A DNA stretch of 64,000 nt. Origin: Alloascoidea hylecoeti. Taxonomy: Eukaryota. Location: NCBI GenBank assembly GCA_001600815.1, contig BCKZ01000011.1, positions 703,224-767,223 of the forward strand, written 5' to 3'. Position 1 is the stretch's first letter. Each line of letters begins with the position of its first letter. The position numbers and the translations under genes are program-made. This document shows positions 45,100-59,138 of the stretch, in pieces. A model generated the notes under the pieces. That model saw only the letters and a program-made list of their open reading frames with translations, had not been told where the DNA came from and searched no databases.

Positions 45100-47607
45100 T
45101 TTGAGAATCTCTGCAACCTCGAGTAGATTAATTTAGATAGTTTGATAAGAAAATAGATGCATTAATCTCTTAAAAAGAGGGTAACATAAAACGCTAAAAA
45201 TAGTCATGATCATAGGAAAGACTATAGTTCTATTCCTAACGAGGAGCATGATTGTTACACATTTGAGTGTGGAAAAGTATTTCTTGTCAATATTTGCAGA
45301 CGTTCTGCTGTTGCTGGCTGTCTTGATATAATTTCAGGGCGTCTTTATCAATAAACTATATTTGATGGAGATTCAGATATTGGAAGAATTCCCTTTCGAA
45401 ATGAAGAGATCTAGAAGCACCATATTGTTTAGTTTGAAGAGCCATACAGGCTCTACTCCGATCTGACTTCCTTGAAAACGGTACCGTTGGTAGTTTCGTT
45501 GAACATCAGTTTCTAGAATAAAATTACACAACCAGCGAATTCCGACTTCATTTCAATTCACAAAAATCGTGTAAGGCCGATTTGACTACCGACGCTAGAG
45601 TTTCTCAGACTTCTACTCTCGAAGTTCTTTGTTTGTAGGGCAATTACACCTCAATAATGGTATATACAAACGTTCTTTGGCCTTTCAAATAGTTCAAGGA
45701 ATTTGCGAGTCTACTCCGAAGTAGAAATGTTTGTTTTAAGCTTGAAGCCATGCCAACATGCATGTATTTCCAGTTACTATGAAGTATTAGGTCCAGCTTT
45801 TGCCGAGTGAGTTATTACCCTCATACACAGAATACAATTTGTCTCTCCTGTGGAATAATGAGACCGGATTGAATGATTGAATAAAAGCTATGATCATTAA
45901 TATAATATATTTATGCATGTGGTTTCAGAGAAATGGAATAAGATCTCACATCCCATATGGTATGCAAATTAACGAAAACTAGTAGCTTTGATTTTTATGG
46001 CATGCACTTAAAATGCAAAAATATGGTATTTTTTAACCGTGAAATAGTTAAGAAATGTATCACACATTTAGAGTCTAATTGCAACTGCTTCTTCACTGAC
46101 CTCTAATTTATTTCATAACTACTGGCATATTTGATGTATTAATTGGTTGCATTGAATTAAAGACTTCAAACTATTATCATTTATTATATTAACTAGCAAA
46201 ATTTAAGTTTTATCCACAACTAAGAGGCGTTGTTATACCCCACTATAAATGAAAATTAATGATCAATATAATATACAGTATAAAGCTTTATATTAATATT
46301 TGTATTAATATTAGACACCGTTAATATGGATATAATCTTAATTATAATAGTTTTGTTACATATAGTGAATTTGGTGGTCTAATATTATTCCGGATCGCAT
46401 ATGCATTTATATTTCGCTTTTTGAAAGCCAAAATTCACATCGATACCTTTACACACGATAATGCTACCTTATAGGTATATCAAAAGAATTTATTTTCTTT
46501 ATTCTATTCATACACCAGTTAGTCTGTGTGAGACTTGGGAAATCATTATTATCCGTAAGTATAACGACTTTTAGCAAATATGATCTTTGTGTTATGTTTA
46601 TATTAACCGCGTTCCGTTTTTTCCGTAGAGGCCTTCATGCTATCAATTTTTGGATTATTTACCATTGCTGCTTATTCATGTTTTCTTCCTTTTATGAAGT
46701 ATACATTAGGTAGAGGCTCCTACTATATATTTGGAAAACGATTGCCATGCCATGATAGTTTTTGCTGACACAATATCAATATGTATATAAAGATAATGAT
46801 CTAACTGATCATGAGTTAAGTTATTTTTGCAATCATTATATTCGAATTCGGTTTCTATATAGCATATATATATATTATACTGATTGTTTCTTCAACACTA
46901 GTGTGTCATATAGTTTGAGTAATTAGAGATGAAAATTAGTTGACTGCTTTCATAAATAGTTGTTATAAATCAAATGCCACTGTTCTGTGATTATTCAAAG
47001 CTTTCACTATTTGCCGTCCATAGTTCGAGAAATTAATATATATGGTTGAATTGTTATGTAAATATATATATAATAATTTGAACCATTTCTACAGCACTCG
47101 TATCATAGTAACTAATTGTATTTTATTCAAAACATTTAATCACAGAAGAAAATTATTTGTAAGAGTTATGAGATAATATAACTAAGAACAGGTTAACAGT
47201 CAAAGCTTGAGCAAATTGTTTCAATTTTAAAGCTGCCTAACATTTGATTAATTAGGGATGAACTAATATCTTGAATCCTTTAAGGGAAAATTTTGAATCT
47301 TCAAAAATCGCCATTCTTAATGACATTAACCTAATAATAAATCTGAAGGAGAAATCATTTCTGAACGGATATAATTTCATAGAGATTAAATTAAATGTAA
47401 ACTGATAAATTAGGATTTTTATCAAATATCAAAAGAAATTTTACATATATTGACATCACAATCTGGTATCGTTAGTTTTATATTGTCAACATCAAATACA
47501 TTTGTTTTGGGTGTTCTCCGTTTTTCAAATTATAATTATATCTTTCCGATGTATGGGTGTATTACCGATTACTTTTTTGAACTTTTTCTGATTAAGATAC
47601 TTATGAT

Positions 47608-48272
47608 ATGAATTTTCGCAGAGATAGAAACCCTTTGCTTGCCGGATTTGGCCATGATTTGACCATAAATCAAGCACCTTCTGAGTTATTTCCAGTGAGT
47701 CTCTTTTGTTTTTCTTTACAGATTTTTGCATCGTATAATTTTAGCATCTAACTTGTCTACAGAAAGTCATCTTACCTGTTCAAGCACCGCTAAACAAAAA
47801 GGAACAGCAATCAGCAACATTATTTTTAAGTTACAGAAGAAATATTAAAGATGGTCCTTTCTTCTCAGGTGCAATTAATGAAACTAAAAGTAATAATACA
47901 CAGAATGGGTTCAGTGATATTAAAAAATATAGTGATAAATATATGAAAAAACGAAAAATACACACATCAATTAACGATCACCCATTTAATTTGGAGTTTT
48001 TTCCAAGTGAGCTACATCCAGTTATGGGCATAAATAAATCAAAAAATAAACGTATAAATATTTCGGGCTTGGTTAGTAAGGATGTTTTAAATTTTGACGC
48101 TTTGTTAGAGGATAAAAATGAAGAAAAAGATGAAGAAAAAGATGAGGAAGATGTTGAAGAAGAAGAAGATGATATAGACGAAGACGAAGACGATGATTAT
48201 AATGCAGAAAGGTATTTTGATGATGGTGGCAGTGATGATGATGATGGAGATTTTGATGAAGCTGCGTTTTAA
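47608..48272 (+). CDS. RPC31: RNA polymerase III subunit C31; two exons (47608-47694, 47763-48272)
   Basis: MNFRRDRNPLLAGFGHDLTINQAPSELFP|KVILPVQAPL...KDGPFFSG...KYSDKY...HPFNLEFFPSEL...DDDYNAERYFDDG acidic tail. Intron 47695-47762 reads GTGAGT...TCTAAC...CAG. Confidence 0.88.
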
Positions 48273-48416
48273 AGAAATATTAATAATAATTTTCTCAGCT
48301 AAGGTAATAATAAATAAATTATATTGAAAGTTTTATTTTTTTGGTTGTGATGATTGATAAATGCATTTTAAAGCAGTATCAGTGTTTATACTTAAGTGTT
48401 AATGTTATTTGGTGAT

Positions 48417-50309
48417 TTATTCTCGTCTTCCATTCAGATCTTTCAAAAATTGTTGTTTTTCCAGTAAATAATACTCTCTATCACTGATACCCAAAGGAAC
48501 TTTGGGAGGAATAGCTGGCTTAGTCGAAGAAGCGGTGTTCATTCTTGATGCCCACTCGTTATAATCTCCTTCTGTCGAACTATACACAGGCTTATTATTA
48601 GACCATTGCCCTCCGCCAATATACCCCGATACCCCAGGGTCCAACTTGAAATCTTCTTCTTTAGCTCCTCCGTGTTGTAAACGGACACTTTTTGCAAAAT
48701 GTGTGCTAGGGGTGGGCGCATAATACGAAGCATTATAAACTTCATCCTCGTTAGATATACGTTGTTCCGCAGCTGTCGATTTCTTGGGCGTATCGAAAGT
48801 TGGCTCTAATATAGTGTCAGCAGAATAGGGCAATGATTTCCTTTGCCCTGTACCATTTGGACCGCTTGAATTTCCATAAACATTATCTTTCTCCGACATG
48901 GGGACGGGTTTTTTTCGTAACTTAGGCTTTGATGATAACTTGTATGGTCTTGTATTACGATCCTGCGGAAATGAAGATATCGGCATTTGAGACTCTAAAG
49001 AGTTTTCTGGTTTTGAATAATCATTAATTAAATTTAATGCTGAAATCGATTGTGATAAATCACCAACGTCGTTACCCTCATAGCTATGACTGTTAACATT
49101 TGATTGCGCTCTATCGTGCCCATATATCAAGTCCTTGCTTCCGACTGGTGGTAACGATTTTCTCATGGGTGAAGCCCGGCCGGTATGGAGATACCTTTGA
49201 GATTGGGAGGGTTGGGATGTTCGCAATTCAGCTACCTGTGGATGGTTTCTATTCCAATCAGATTGCATCTCCATTTCTAGAACATCAAATGCATCTACAT
49301 GCTTGCCATTTTGATTCGGGGGTGGTCGTCTTGGTGGAGAGCTACGAAAATAACTCTGATCAGGCGCCGTTCCTGGATGAACACTATGCGTTAAGTTTGC
49401 ATTGAGACCTCCAGTCGGGCTTGAAGTACGCCGATATCCCGCTGCTGGTTCAAAATCACTCCTAAATATTTGGGTCGACGAAATATATTCGTTGGATGGT
49501 GGGACCTTTGGCAAGTCTAAGTTTGGAATAGTATTATAGGGGACTGAATTGTGGCCTCTGTTATGCTGTTGATGATTTAGAGGTGGCAGTGTCGGTAAAT
49601 CAACTGATTGGAAGGAGTCCATTTCATATGGTTGCGTATTTGGTATATTATAACCCCCCTCATTCTCATATAAATGTGGGGCTTGAATAGAGGATACACT
49701 TGAGATATATTGGGTTGTTTTAGCTTTCGCAATTGGAGGTGGAATGCTATATGAAACTGCTGGAGCTATAGGCTGCGGTGGAATGGGTGTCTGTGGTCCT
49801 AAAGGTGGCTGGTTTGGTAAGGAAGGTAAAGGTCTCCTAACAGCCTGAGTGAATGGAACATAACCTTTCTTTTTGGTGGATTCTGATTTCATTTTTGGGG
49901 GTAAAAAGGGTTGTGATGGGTAAAATGTCATTTCAATGTAGATCTCTCCAGCATCCTTTCCATTATAAGTTAAAGGATGCCATTTATCGTATCCTTCTTC
50001 AACCGAACTTTCAATAGCTCCAACAAAATTCAAATCTGCTTCACCAATAAGTTCAGGACTCTTGTTATTCTCATCAAGTATTGATACTTTTAAGATAGGG
50101 TTTTGGTTTTGAGTCGTAGCAAATCTGGATTCATGATCCCATTCAGGGGTCTGTCCACCACGATCGACCGCTTCTGTTCGATCAATCACTGTTCCTACTC
50201 GAAGAATACAGTAAGGGTTTTGTTTCTCGATTCTGCGACGATTTGGCAAGTGACGAGCTCTTAAAACAACAGCAATTAATGTCCCTTTTGGAGTTGGGTA
50301 AGATGACAT
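48417..50309 (-). CDS. INN1: C2-domain cytokinesis ingression protein (Inn1/Fic1)
   Basis: N-terminal C2 domain GTLIAVVLRARHLPNRRRIEKQNPYC...RGGQTPEWD...AGEIYIEMTFY, followed by a Pro-rich tail with PxxP motifs (PAIPPKVP). Confidence 0.85.
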   Translation of the reverse strand: MSSYPTPKGTLIAVVLRARHLPNRRRIEKQNPYCILRVGTVIDRTEAVDRGGQTPEWDHESRFATTQNQNPILKVSILDENNKSPELIGEADLNFVGAIESSVEEGYDKWHPLTYNGKDAGEIYIEMTFYPSQPFLPPKMKSESTKKKGYVPFTQAVRRPLPSLPNQPPLGPQTPIPPQPIAPAVSYSIPPPIAKAKTTQYISSVSSIQAPHLYENEGGYNIPNTQPYEMDSFQSVDLPTLPPLNHQQHNRGHNSVPYNTIPNLDLPKVPPSNEYISSTQIFRSDFEPAAGYRRTSSPTGGLNANLTHSVHPGTAPDQSYFRSSPPRRPPPNQNGKHVDAFDVLEMEMQSDWNRNHPQVAELRTSQPSQSQRYLHTGRASPMRKSLPPVGSKDLIYGHDRAQSNVNSHSYEGNDVGDLSQSISALNLINDYSKPENSLESQMPISSFPQDRNTRPYKLSSKPKLRKKPVPMSEKDNVYGNSSGPNGTGQRKSLPYSADTILEPTFDTPKKSTAAEQRISNEDEVYNASYYAPTPSTHFAKSVRLQHGGAKEEDFKLDPGVSGYIGGGQWSNNKPVYSSTEGDYNEWASRMNTASSTKPAIPPKVPLGISDREYYLLEKQQFLKDLNGRRE

Positions 50310-50717
50310 GAGTAAAAATGTAATATCAAAAAGCTCTAGAAATAGTAATATATGATCAAAATTAATATATACTATAAATGTAAAGAGTTCTGTTTGTTTG
50401 TTTGAGAGATGTGAAATTGCTGAAAGATGTGCTATAATGAATATATTGGTCTTATAAGACAGAGAAATATGCCAATCACGTGCACACTGATTTCATGAAT
50501 GGCAGTGTATGCTGGATGAGACTCCTTAATTCTTTAATTCCTCTATTTTAGTGTATAGCAACTAGGTGGTTCCGGATACAAAATTTCCATTCCTAGATGT
50601 TTCACGTATAATGGCTATGTAGGTAAAAAAATAGCCTCTTATAATTACAGTATTGGAGTAAAATTATGAATATCAAATTAACCATTACAACTAGAAATAA
50701 ACATGAACAAAAATGAC

Positions 50718-53700
50718 CTATTCAAACTTTGTATAATGACGCCGTCTTTTTTCTGGCCCTGAAGTATCAACAATATTATCAGTACGCTGGTGCTTTCTTT
50801 GATTATCATTCCGATTATCATTTCTATTCACTCGGGAACGGATACCAAATCTGTCTCTATCCTTAGTATCGCGCATCCTGTTGTCTCTATCTCGGTCGCG
50901 GTTTCTGTCACGGTCTCTATCTCGTTCTCGGATATCTCGCTCTCTTCTTTCATTAGTGCGTTCGCGGTTTCGTTCATTTCTTTCTCTTTCACGTTCCCTA
51001 TCCCCTCGTCTATCAACACGATCTCTCCTATCTCTTAACTGGTTGTCACGCGCATTTCTCACAGAATCGGGTGTATTTCGTTTCGGTGGTTGTGAATCTC
51101 GTCTTCCAGGGTTCCTGGGATTTTGGTCTACTTTTCCGTCCTTTGGATCTTCTTCATTTGCCCTTTCACTCGCTGTTGGCGACGATTTGCTTATTTTACT
51201 GTCAATACTAGCACTTCTAGAAATGGGCACAACATTTCGTGCTCCTATACGATCCGTAAAATTATCGTTAATGCGTTTTGTATTATTGGGTCTGATATCT
51301 GCAGACTTATCTTTGGATGCTCTATCTATTCCCCCTCTTACTGATGATGATGATCTAGACTGATTGATTGAAGAACGGTTATCTAAGTTTGATTTAGAAA
51401 CATCTCTTGGTTTAGAATCCCTTTCGTAGTTATTTATCTTAACATTGCGTAGTCTAGCATCGAGACCTTTAACTTCAATTAAATTAGCCGATGTTGCAGA
51501 AGCCGTGTTACGTTTATCCATTTCTCTAACTCGATTATCATCCCGTCTTCCATTTCTTCGATCATCATTATCATTTCTAATTCTTGGACCAGATGGCGGA
51601 GGAAGTCCATTGCTGTTAAGCTTATTAGAACCACGATTGTATCCATCACGATGATTATCTCTATCAACATCCCTAGAATTGAATCGATCCAATTCTTTGT
51701 TGAATGTGCTATCACCAAAGCCATCCCTAGTTTTAACTGATTCCCTTGTTCGTGAATTCCCTTTTACATGATCAATACCATTTTCTCTTTCATTATTTCG
51801 AACAAAATCCCGAGGTCTGTCTTTGGATATATCTCTTGGGGAGTTCTTTGGACTATTTCTTTGGCTATTATCCTTTAATCGGTCCATCTTATTTTCCCGT
51901 GATGAAATCGGGTCGTCCAACTCGTCCTTGACTATTCCCTGGCGTTCTGATTTATCATCACTGTCTTTACCGTTAGATGGAATTTTTGGGAGAGAAATTG
52001 GAGTCTTCCCCCCACTAAAAGATCTAGGTTGTGTTGGAACCTGAGAACTCTTGATATCACTCTTGGGTTGTGAAAGCGTAGATTTCACTTCTGAAATGTT
52101 TGTATCCTTAGACTTTTCGAGTGCAGATTTGTTCTTCTCCAGTGTTGCTAGGGAAGGTTTGAGTAGAGTAGCACTTGCTACCTTTTTTCCAGGGTTCTTC
52201 CTGGATTCACGAGCAGCCACTCTTTTCCTTTTTTCTGCTATTAGTTTTTCCTTTTGATCAGAAGTAGTGCCATAAAAGTCCCATAGGTCAATCCAGTCTT
52301 TCGAAGAGCGTTGAAGATGCCCTCTGAGCGCTGTGGCAGACAGTTTTAGATCTTCTCTTTTTTCTTTCTCTGCGATATTCTCAATTTCATCCAATATCTC
52401 ATAACCATGATACTCTGCTATAGGGAATACGGATATCATATTCTTTAAGACTGTAATAGCATTTCGTCTAGACATATAGTTATCACTTTGCAAGGAGCCT
52501 TTAATGTCAATCATTGTCTTTTTGTGCCATTTTTCAAGAACTCTTCTAAATTCTTCATATGAGGCCAAACTTTCATTTTCTGGTTTGTTATTAAACTTGA
52601 TTCTCATTCCAGGTAAAGTGGGCTTCGCACCATCCATTTTCCCTAATGCAACAAGGTTGTAAAGATTTTCATTTTTACGCCACTTATCAAACTCTGAAAA
52701 GATATCACAAAAGAACAAACCGATATTTTCAGCTTCAAGTGTTGAACACGTTAACAAAGTACCATATAAAATATTTTTTGCAAACAGATTATCTAACAAT
52801 AAAACAGTCGGAATAGTCGATCCAAGACGATGTAAAGTAAATATGAACTTGGAACAGAATATTGCATCTAAAGGGGAGTGCAAAGCACGAGGTAAAACAC
52901 AAGTATTTATAAATTCAAAAACCTGATGATATCTATCGCTCATTGCTTTTTGTGGGTCATCATTTGCATTATCGGAAATATAAAAATGTTTGACTTCTAC
53001 CAGTAATCTTTTCATAATTGCCTTATGATGATTCAGATGTGCAATCTTTTCTCCTTCGAGTTGAGATGTCATTGAAGATAATTCGTCTCTTTCCGATTTA
53101 AGTTGTCGAATAGCCGAAGATCCTTCTCGTGAATTATCACCTCGAGAGATAGAGACACTAAGTGATGAAATTGTTTCTCTTAATTTCTTCTCTTCTGAAA
53201 AATATTTTTCAGAAGAAAAAAATATATCATAAAGCGAGAGCTGCCAGAAAGTAACATAAAATCCAATGTCCAGGTACTTAATTCCAGATTCCCCAAAAAA
53301 GGTTGACAACTCCGACATAACAGGTACTAGTACAGGGTGCCATGGTGATATTTGTGCTTCTTCCTTATTACTATCTGGTTGAGACGATAAATCTATAACC
53401 ACGCTGTCCTTGATTGTAGGTTGTTCTAGTGCTTTTACATCTTTAATTGGGCGATGGGTTTCGTCATATTCAATCATTTTAACTTGCATCATCTTTCTCC
53501 ATAGTTCGAAGGCCCACTTAGGTTTAATGCCATATTTTGTGCAAAGTTCAGTAACAGAAATGACATGATTTTGAAAGGCTTCAGTAGGAAGAAAGTAATT
53601 TATCATGTCGATGAACTGATGAAGTACAGACGAGGCATCATCATATCGGCTTGATAAAACCTTCAAATGTGCTTCTGAGTCTGAGATTGTGAATACAATA

Positions 53701-56398
53701 TTTTCCGTCAACTGAGCTAGTAGAACAAAAAGTTCGGCTAGAATGTTGTTATTAACCATCACATCCAAAAGACGTTTTGCAGATCTATTGGACATTTCTC
53801 GGTTATCTTGAATAACTTTATAGACTATTTTTTGTAATTTTGCACTACCCCCAAGGCCTTCAATTTGAGGTATGGTTAAATTAGAAATTTTCTTGATGCC
53901 AGACATTTGTTCAATGATTTCACCAAACAAAGAGGTTTCACCACTCTCTCTGTTGTGTAACTGTTTTATGATGTATAATAAAATTGGTGTGGAATCCATA
54001 ACTGAATATCTTTGGCATAATTTTGCAGTAAATGAAGAGAGCGCTATAAATAAGATAAGATAGTTAGTTCCTAAAGCTGAAAGGGAATTGAATATTAATT
54101 TTACTTACATTTCAACCAAATACGGTCATTCAAGCCATCTCGTTGTACAGTCCCTCTCCCAGAAGTCAGTTGCATCATAATCACAATTGGTAAAGCATCC
54201 CAACTAAGGTCTGTAAAATACCTTGCAGCATCAACAACTAAAGCACCCAAGTTATCATAACTTTCCACTTGACCAATAAAGGCTGTAAAAGTGGCTAAAG
54301 GATTTGCATGTGAGATTTTAGCTAATCTCCTCATCATTTCTCGATCATTAGTTTTTGAGAGTCTTTTCATAACACCTTTAGTTGCCTTTTCTGATTTTAG
54401 ACTAGCAATTTTCAATTCAAGAATTGTTTTATTTATTGACAACCATTCTCCATATAAACTGTATCTCGTCTCAAATGAGAAAAGCTTGATGAGTTTAAAT
54501 ATCTCATTAATTACTGATGGATTTTCTTCAATTAATGATACTGAAGGATGAATAAAATTTCTAAAATATTGGTACCAGAATTCAACCTTTTCAACGTTTT
54601 TCGTTGCTTGTAGACTATTGACACCAATTCTACAAAGTTTCACCAATAATATCAAATCTCTATATAATCTCGGGCCAGAAAATCGCAAAAACGCTGCAGA
54701 TAATTCTTGTAAATCTTCTATAGTTGAGATCGGCTTTAATTCAGATGTCCAGTCATCATAAAAGAAACGATGAGTTACACCAGCTTCAGTAGGCGTTTTT
54801 AATGGTGTCAAAACTCTCCGATGACTTTTTTGTTTCGGAGGTACCAAAGTTGTGGTTTTATTAATAGATGAGGGTAAGTTGAGTGGAGTTGAAATATTTC
54901 CTTGTCTTTTAAAAGGTCTGATTTCTTCATAAAGAGGAGTGATACAATGATTGATTATTCTGTGAATCAAGTCTGCAATTTCTGGATCTGGACCAGGCAA
55001 GAATGGAAATTTTGATAAAAGAAATAAAGAGGGCCATATAGCACCAACGGCAAGTAAAGCTTTCAGTAATTGAACCTTCTGGTTCTTGGCCAATTCTTTT
55101 CCGGAAGAAAGAATAGTCGGTTCTTCCTTTTTCTGTTCGGTTTGTGTTGAAGAACGTGATTGAGAATCTTTCGACGAAGGAGCAGAATCGTCAGCCAAAG
55201 GGGCGGCCATAGCTAATGCAGAAGAACGGGCCATAAGTGCTTTATTTTCCATTTCTTCCCGCCAACTTTTGTTGATTTCATTCATTATTTCATCTGATGG
55301 TGATAAATAATGATATATCTCACCAAAACTAATAAATTTTTCTTTTATCAGAACAGCTATCATAACCATTAAATTTTCTGGGGCAGCTTCGTTCTTGTCA
55401 GCATAAAACTTGAGCTTGAACCCAAGCAATTTTGCAGCAGATGTGTTTCCACCAGGTTTACCAAGATCGTTAAGAGAAGTAGGTGAAGCCAGTTTCAATG
55501 GCCACCATGGTGATTTTTTCAAGACATTTAAAAAGAATTGAGAATTTGCTACTATATTTATTGAAAAAATGTCAAGAAAAATATCTAAGGAACGAATTGG
55601 ATCCAAGTCGAAAAACCCAATCAAAGAAATAATCGCCTCAGAAGTGGATGCTATTTTTGACATATTATTAGGCGAATAAGAGGCAGAATGAATTTCAACT
55701 ATAAATCGGGCATAACCTTCTGATTCTTCTCTTGGTAAGTTAAATCGAATCTGAAGGTACTGTAATGTTGTATTTGTTTTAACTACTTTTTTTTCAAACA
55801 AAGCAGTCACTACATTTAGTTTTACTAGAGTTTTTGGATCAAGTTGTACTAGCATTAAGGATTTATCAAGTGGGACTTGCTTCATCAGAGAGATAAGATC
55901 GTCTGTTAAGTCAAATGTTGAGAAAATCTCTAAGAAAAGAGATAAAAGTTCATTTGTTCGTGTAGAATAAAGTTTTGCGGTATTTGTGAAAAATTGTGAG
56001 AGCAAATCAGCGAGTATGGGTATACTTATTCGATTCAAATTGCAAGCTTGAAATATTTCGTAAAAAAAAGTAGATAGAGCAACCACATCGAACGGCTGAA
56101 CCAGTTTCGTAACATCATCCAGACTGAACGCGGTGTTGATCCTGTTAAAATTTGTTCTTTCCGTTTTTCATTCATTTACTGTTGTTTCGCAGCTAACGAC
56201 GCCAAAATCCAAGAGAAATACATACATGTTGGGGTCTTGTGTTGAGCACCAGGCTTCCAGAAAGTCATCTGACAGGTAACACCATTCTGGGCCATCATCA
56301 GAAATGAGACTCAATGGTGTCACCGTGAGGTGATGGCTGGACACGGGGGCTGCGCCCATTTCTGGGCTCTGCGGGGTGTTTTCAAATACAGCAGCCAT
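50718..56398 (-). CDS. THO2: THO complex subunit 2; three exons (56398-56226, 56141-54109, 54043-50718)
   Basis: FNLPREESEGY, LIGFFDLDP, RYSLYGEW, KRLSK, FYVTFWQLSLYDI and YMSRRNAI motifs, plus an RD/RE-rich tail. Introns 56225-56142 (GTATGT...CAG) and 54108-54044 (GTAAGT...ACTAAC...TAG) join three ORF-track pieces in frame. Confidence 0.92.
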
Positions 56399-56535
56399 GT
56401 TGGAGACCTAAAGAAGTGAACGAAAAAAGGAAACTTTGTAGGTTTGTAACACCCGTGCACCCATCAGGCTAAGATTTAATCCGAGCAACGCATTCCTTAC
56501 AACACTAACTTCTTCGTCCCGCCTTTTCACCAACA

Positions 56536-57232
56536 ATGCCTATCTGTGGAGGAACAAAGAAACCACTTTCGAGAAAAATCGTCATCTTGGGCGATGGTGC
56601 TTGTGGAAAGACATCCCTTCTGAATGTCTTTACCAGAGGCTACTTCCCACAAGTATACGAACCTACTGTGTTTGAAAATTACGTTCATGATATTTTCATT
56701 GATGGTCAGGCTGTTCAGCTTTCTCTTTGGGATACTGCTGGTCAAGAGGAGTTTGATCGTTTGCGCTCGCTGTCTTATTCAGATACACACACAATCATGC
56801 TATGTTTTTCTGTCGATTCGCCTGATTCATTGGAAAACGTCCAAACAAAATGGGTAGGAGAAATCGCAGACCACTGTGAAGGTGTGAATCTGGTCTTGGT
56901 CGCTCTAAAATGCGATTTGCGCAACAATGAAGAAGATGCCGAGGAAGACCAGCAGGTTACTCCTGGAAAACGATTAATAACCTATGAAGAGGGTTTAGAT
57001 GTAGCAAAGAAGATTGGTGCCTTACGATATTTGGAGTGCTCCGGTAAAAAGAACAGAGGCGTGAATGAAGCTTTCACGGAGGCAGCTAGATGTGCTTTGT
57101 CGGCAAAACCGAAGGGTAAGCAATATGTTTTTCTTGATTTTGATATTGTTGAATAGTCCTATTAACACGGGTTTTGTTTTCTTTTTAGGAGCCCATGATG
57201 ATCCTGTGGAAGGAGGATGCATCATAATGTGA
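56536..57232 (+). CDS. RHO3: Rho3 GTPase; two exons (56536-57115, 57189-57232)
   Basis: MPICG N-terminus, GDGACGKT, YEPTVFENY and WDTAGQEEFDRLRSLSY. Intron 57116-57188 (GTAAGC...TAG) restores the C-terminal CAAX, ...EGGCIIM*. Confidence 0.93.
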
Positions 57233-58050
57233 ATTGTTAATATTACAAATAAAATAAAAAGTGTCGAAATTTAAGGTGAACTGAACTGAACTAAAATAAC
57301 CAAGACTCCATAATGTATCATTTTTCATTCCTCTTCCCCTCCTTTAAAAAATAAATCCATATTACTAATAACTTTTTTTACCCCCTTAATTTTTTTAATT
57401 TTTGTTTCGTTGCACCAAAATTGTGGATAATTATTATCAGAAATTGTTCATGAATTTTTTTTTACTAATACTAATTATTATTTTATTTCCCGGTGTTATA
57501 ATTTGTTCTGTGTTATTCGGCTCTCCAGTAGAACGTTTCGCAAGTTCGAGCGCTACTTTTTTACCCTCACACTATTTCCTTGATCCGGCTGAATAGATGT
57601 CAGATATTTGTAAACTGAAACTGTTGCTGTTAATGTTTTTATTTGTTTTTTAATAGGTCACAGTTAGTGTCTTGTCTTACTTTATAACTACTTTTGTTAC
57701 TTGTAACTTTCTATAGCTTTAGCTTTTTGTTCAGAAATTGCGACTATAGCGAATAAAAATAATAATCGATAAGTTATATGTTATTCTATATAAATCTCAT
57801 AATTATATGTGTATATTCATTATATTATAGTAGTTGGCATTTCTGAAACACGGATATGCTATAACGTTGAAGAATTAGAGGGCGATTGCCAAATTAATAT
57901 AAACAAACTAACGTCTCATCTCTAATTGTCTGCTAAATTCTAATTGTTCACCCATGCATGATCGGGTAACTTCTACCGCCGAAGACTATTTAACCCATAA
58001 GCTTTGCAAATTTGATCTGATTGATAACGTTTCCTGGAATTGTCTTAGCA

Positions 58051-58986
58051 ATGTCTTCAATTAGAGAGAAAATGGAGGCCCTCATCATCCAAAAACAAAA
58101 GGAGATTGTAGCGGGTCTAGAAACTTTGGATACCAAAAAATTCCAATCTGATTCTTGGGAAAGACCAAACAATGGTGGAGGAGGAACTTCTTGTGTGCTT
58201 CAAGAAGGTACTTGTTTTGAAAAAGGAGGTGTAAATATCTCGATAGTTCATGGAACTCTACCACCGAATGCTATTGCAAAAATGAGAGTAGATCATAAAT
58301 CAATGAGAACCGATGTTGATGGTTCTTTGAATTTCTATGCTTGTGGTTTATCCATGGTTTTACATCCTTATAATCCAATGGCCCCTACTGTTCATCTTAA
58401 CTATAGATACTTTGAAACATCAGATAAAGATGGGAATCCAGAGGCTTGGTGGTTTGGGGGAGGAGCCGACTTAACCCCTTCATACCTGTTTGAGAAAGAT
58501 GCTATTCATTTCCACAACGAACTTAAACAGGCCTGCGATAAACATGACTCTTCGTACTATCCTAAATTTAAGAAATGGTGCGACGAGTACTTTTTCATCA
58601 AACATCGTGGCGAATCCCGAGGTATTGGTGGAATATTCTTTGATGATCTTGATGATAAATCTCCTGAAGAGCTACTGTCATTCGTAAATGATTGCTTTGA
58701 TGCTTTCCTTCCTTCGTATTTGCCTATTGTTCAGAGAAGAAAGGATTTGCCCTTCACTGAAGACCAAAAGAAATGGCAACAAATTCGGAGAGGAAGATAC
58801 GTTGAATTTAACCTAGTGCTTGATAGAGGAACTCAATTTGGTCTGATGACGCCAGGATCTAGAGTTGAATCTATCCTAATGTCGTTACCAGTCACAGCAA
58901 GTTGGTATTATGACCACCACCCTGAAGCTGGATCCAAGGAAGACAATCTTTTACAGGTCGTTAAGAATCCACGACAATGGGTGTGA
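58051..58986 (+). CDS. HEM13: Coproporphyrinogen III oxidase
   Basis: ATG at 58051. [46 protein letters not shown] and [10 protein letters not shown] motifs. Confidence 0.96.
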   Translation: MSSIREKMEALIIQKQKEIVAGLETLDTKKFQSDSWERPNNGGGGTSCVLQEGTCFEKGGVNISIVHGTLPPNAIAKMRVDHKSMRTDVDGSLNFYACGLSMVLHPYNPMAPTVHLNYRYFETSDKDGNPEAWWFGGGADLTPSYLFEKDAIHFHNELKQACDKHDSSYYPKFKKWCDEYFFIKHRGESRGIGGIFFDDLDDKSPEELLSFVNDCFDAFLPSYLPIVQRRKDLPFTEDQKKWQQIRRGRYVEFNLVLDRGTQFGLMTPGSRVESILMSLPVTASWYYDHHPEAGSKEDNLLQVVKNPRQWV

Positions 58987-59138
58987 TCATTCCTTATAAT
59001 ATTTTTAATATAACTAGTTCTAAAAGGTGGGCGTGGAAATCACGTGTCGGGACTTGTAGCAAGTTTTTAGTTTTTGTTTTCTTTGTGTGTGAACATTCTC
59101 TTCGACATTAATACGTCGGCATCCAGGTTTTTTTCAAT

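Noticed and set aside
50790..52257. Several plus-strand ORFs (e.g. 50881..51363, Ser/Arg-rich)
   Set aside because: Antisense shadows of the repetitive RD/RE tail of THO2.
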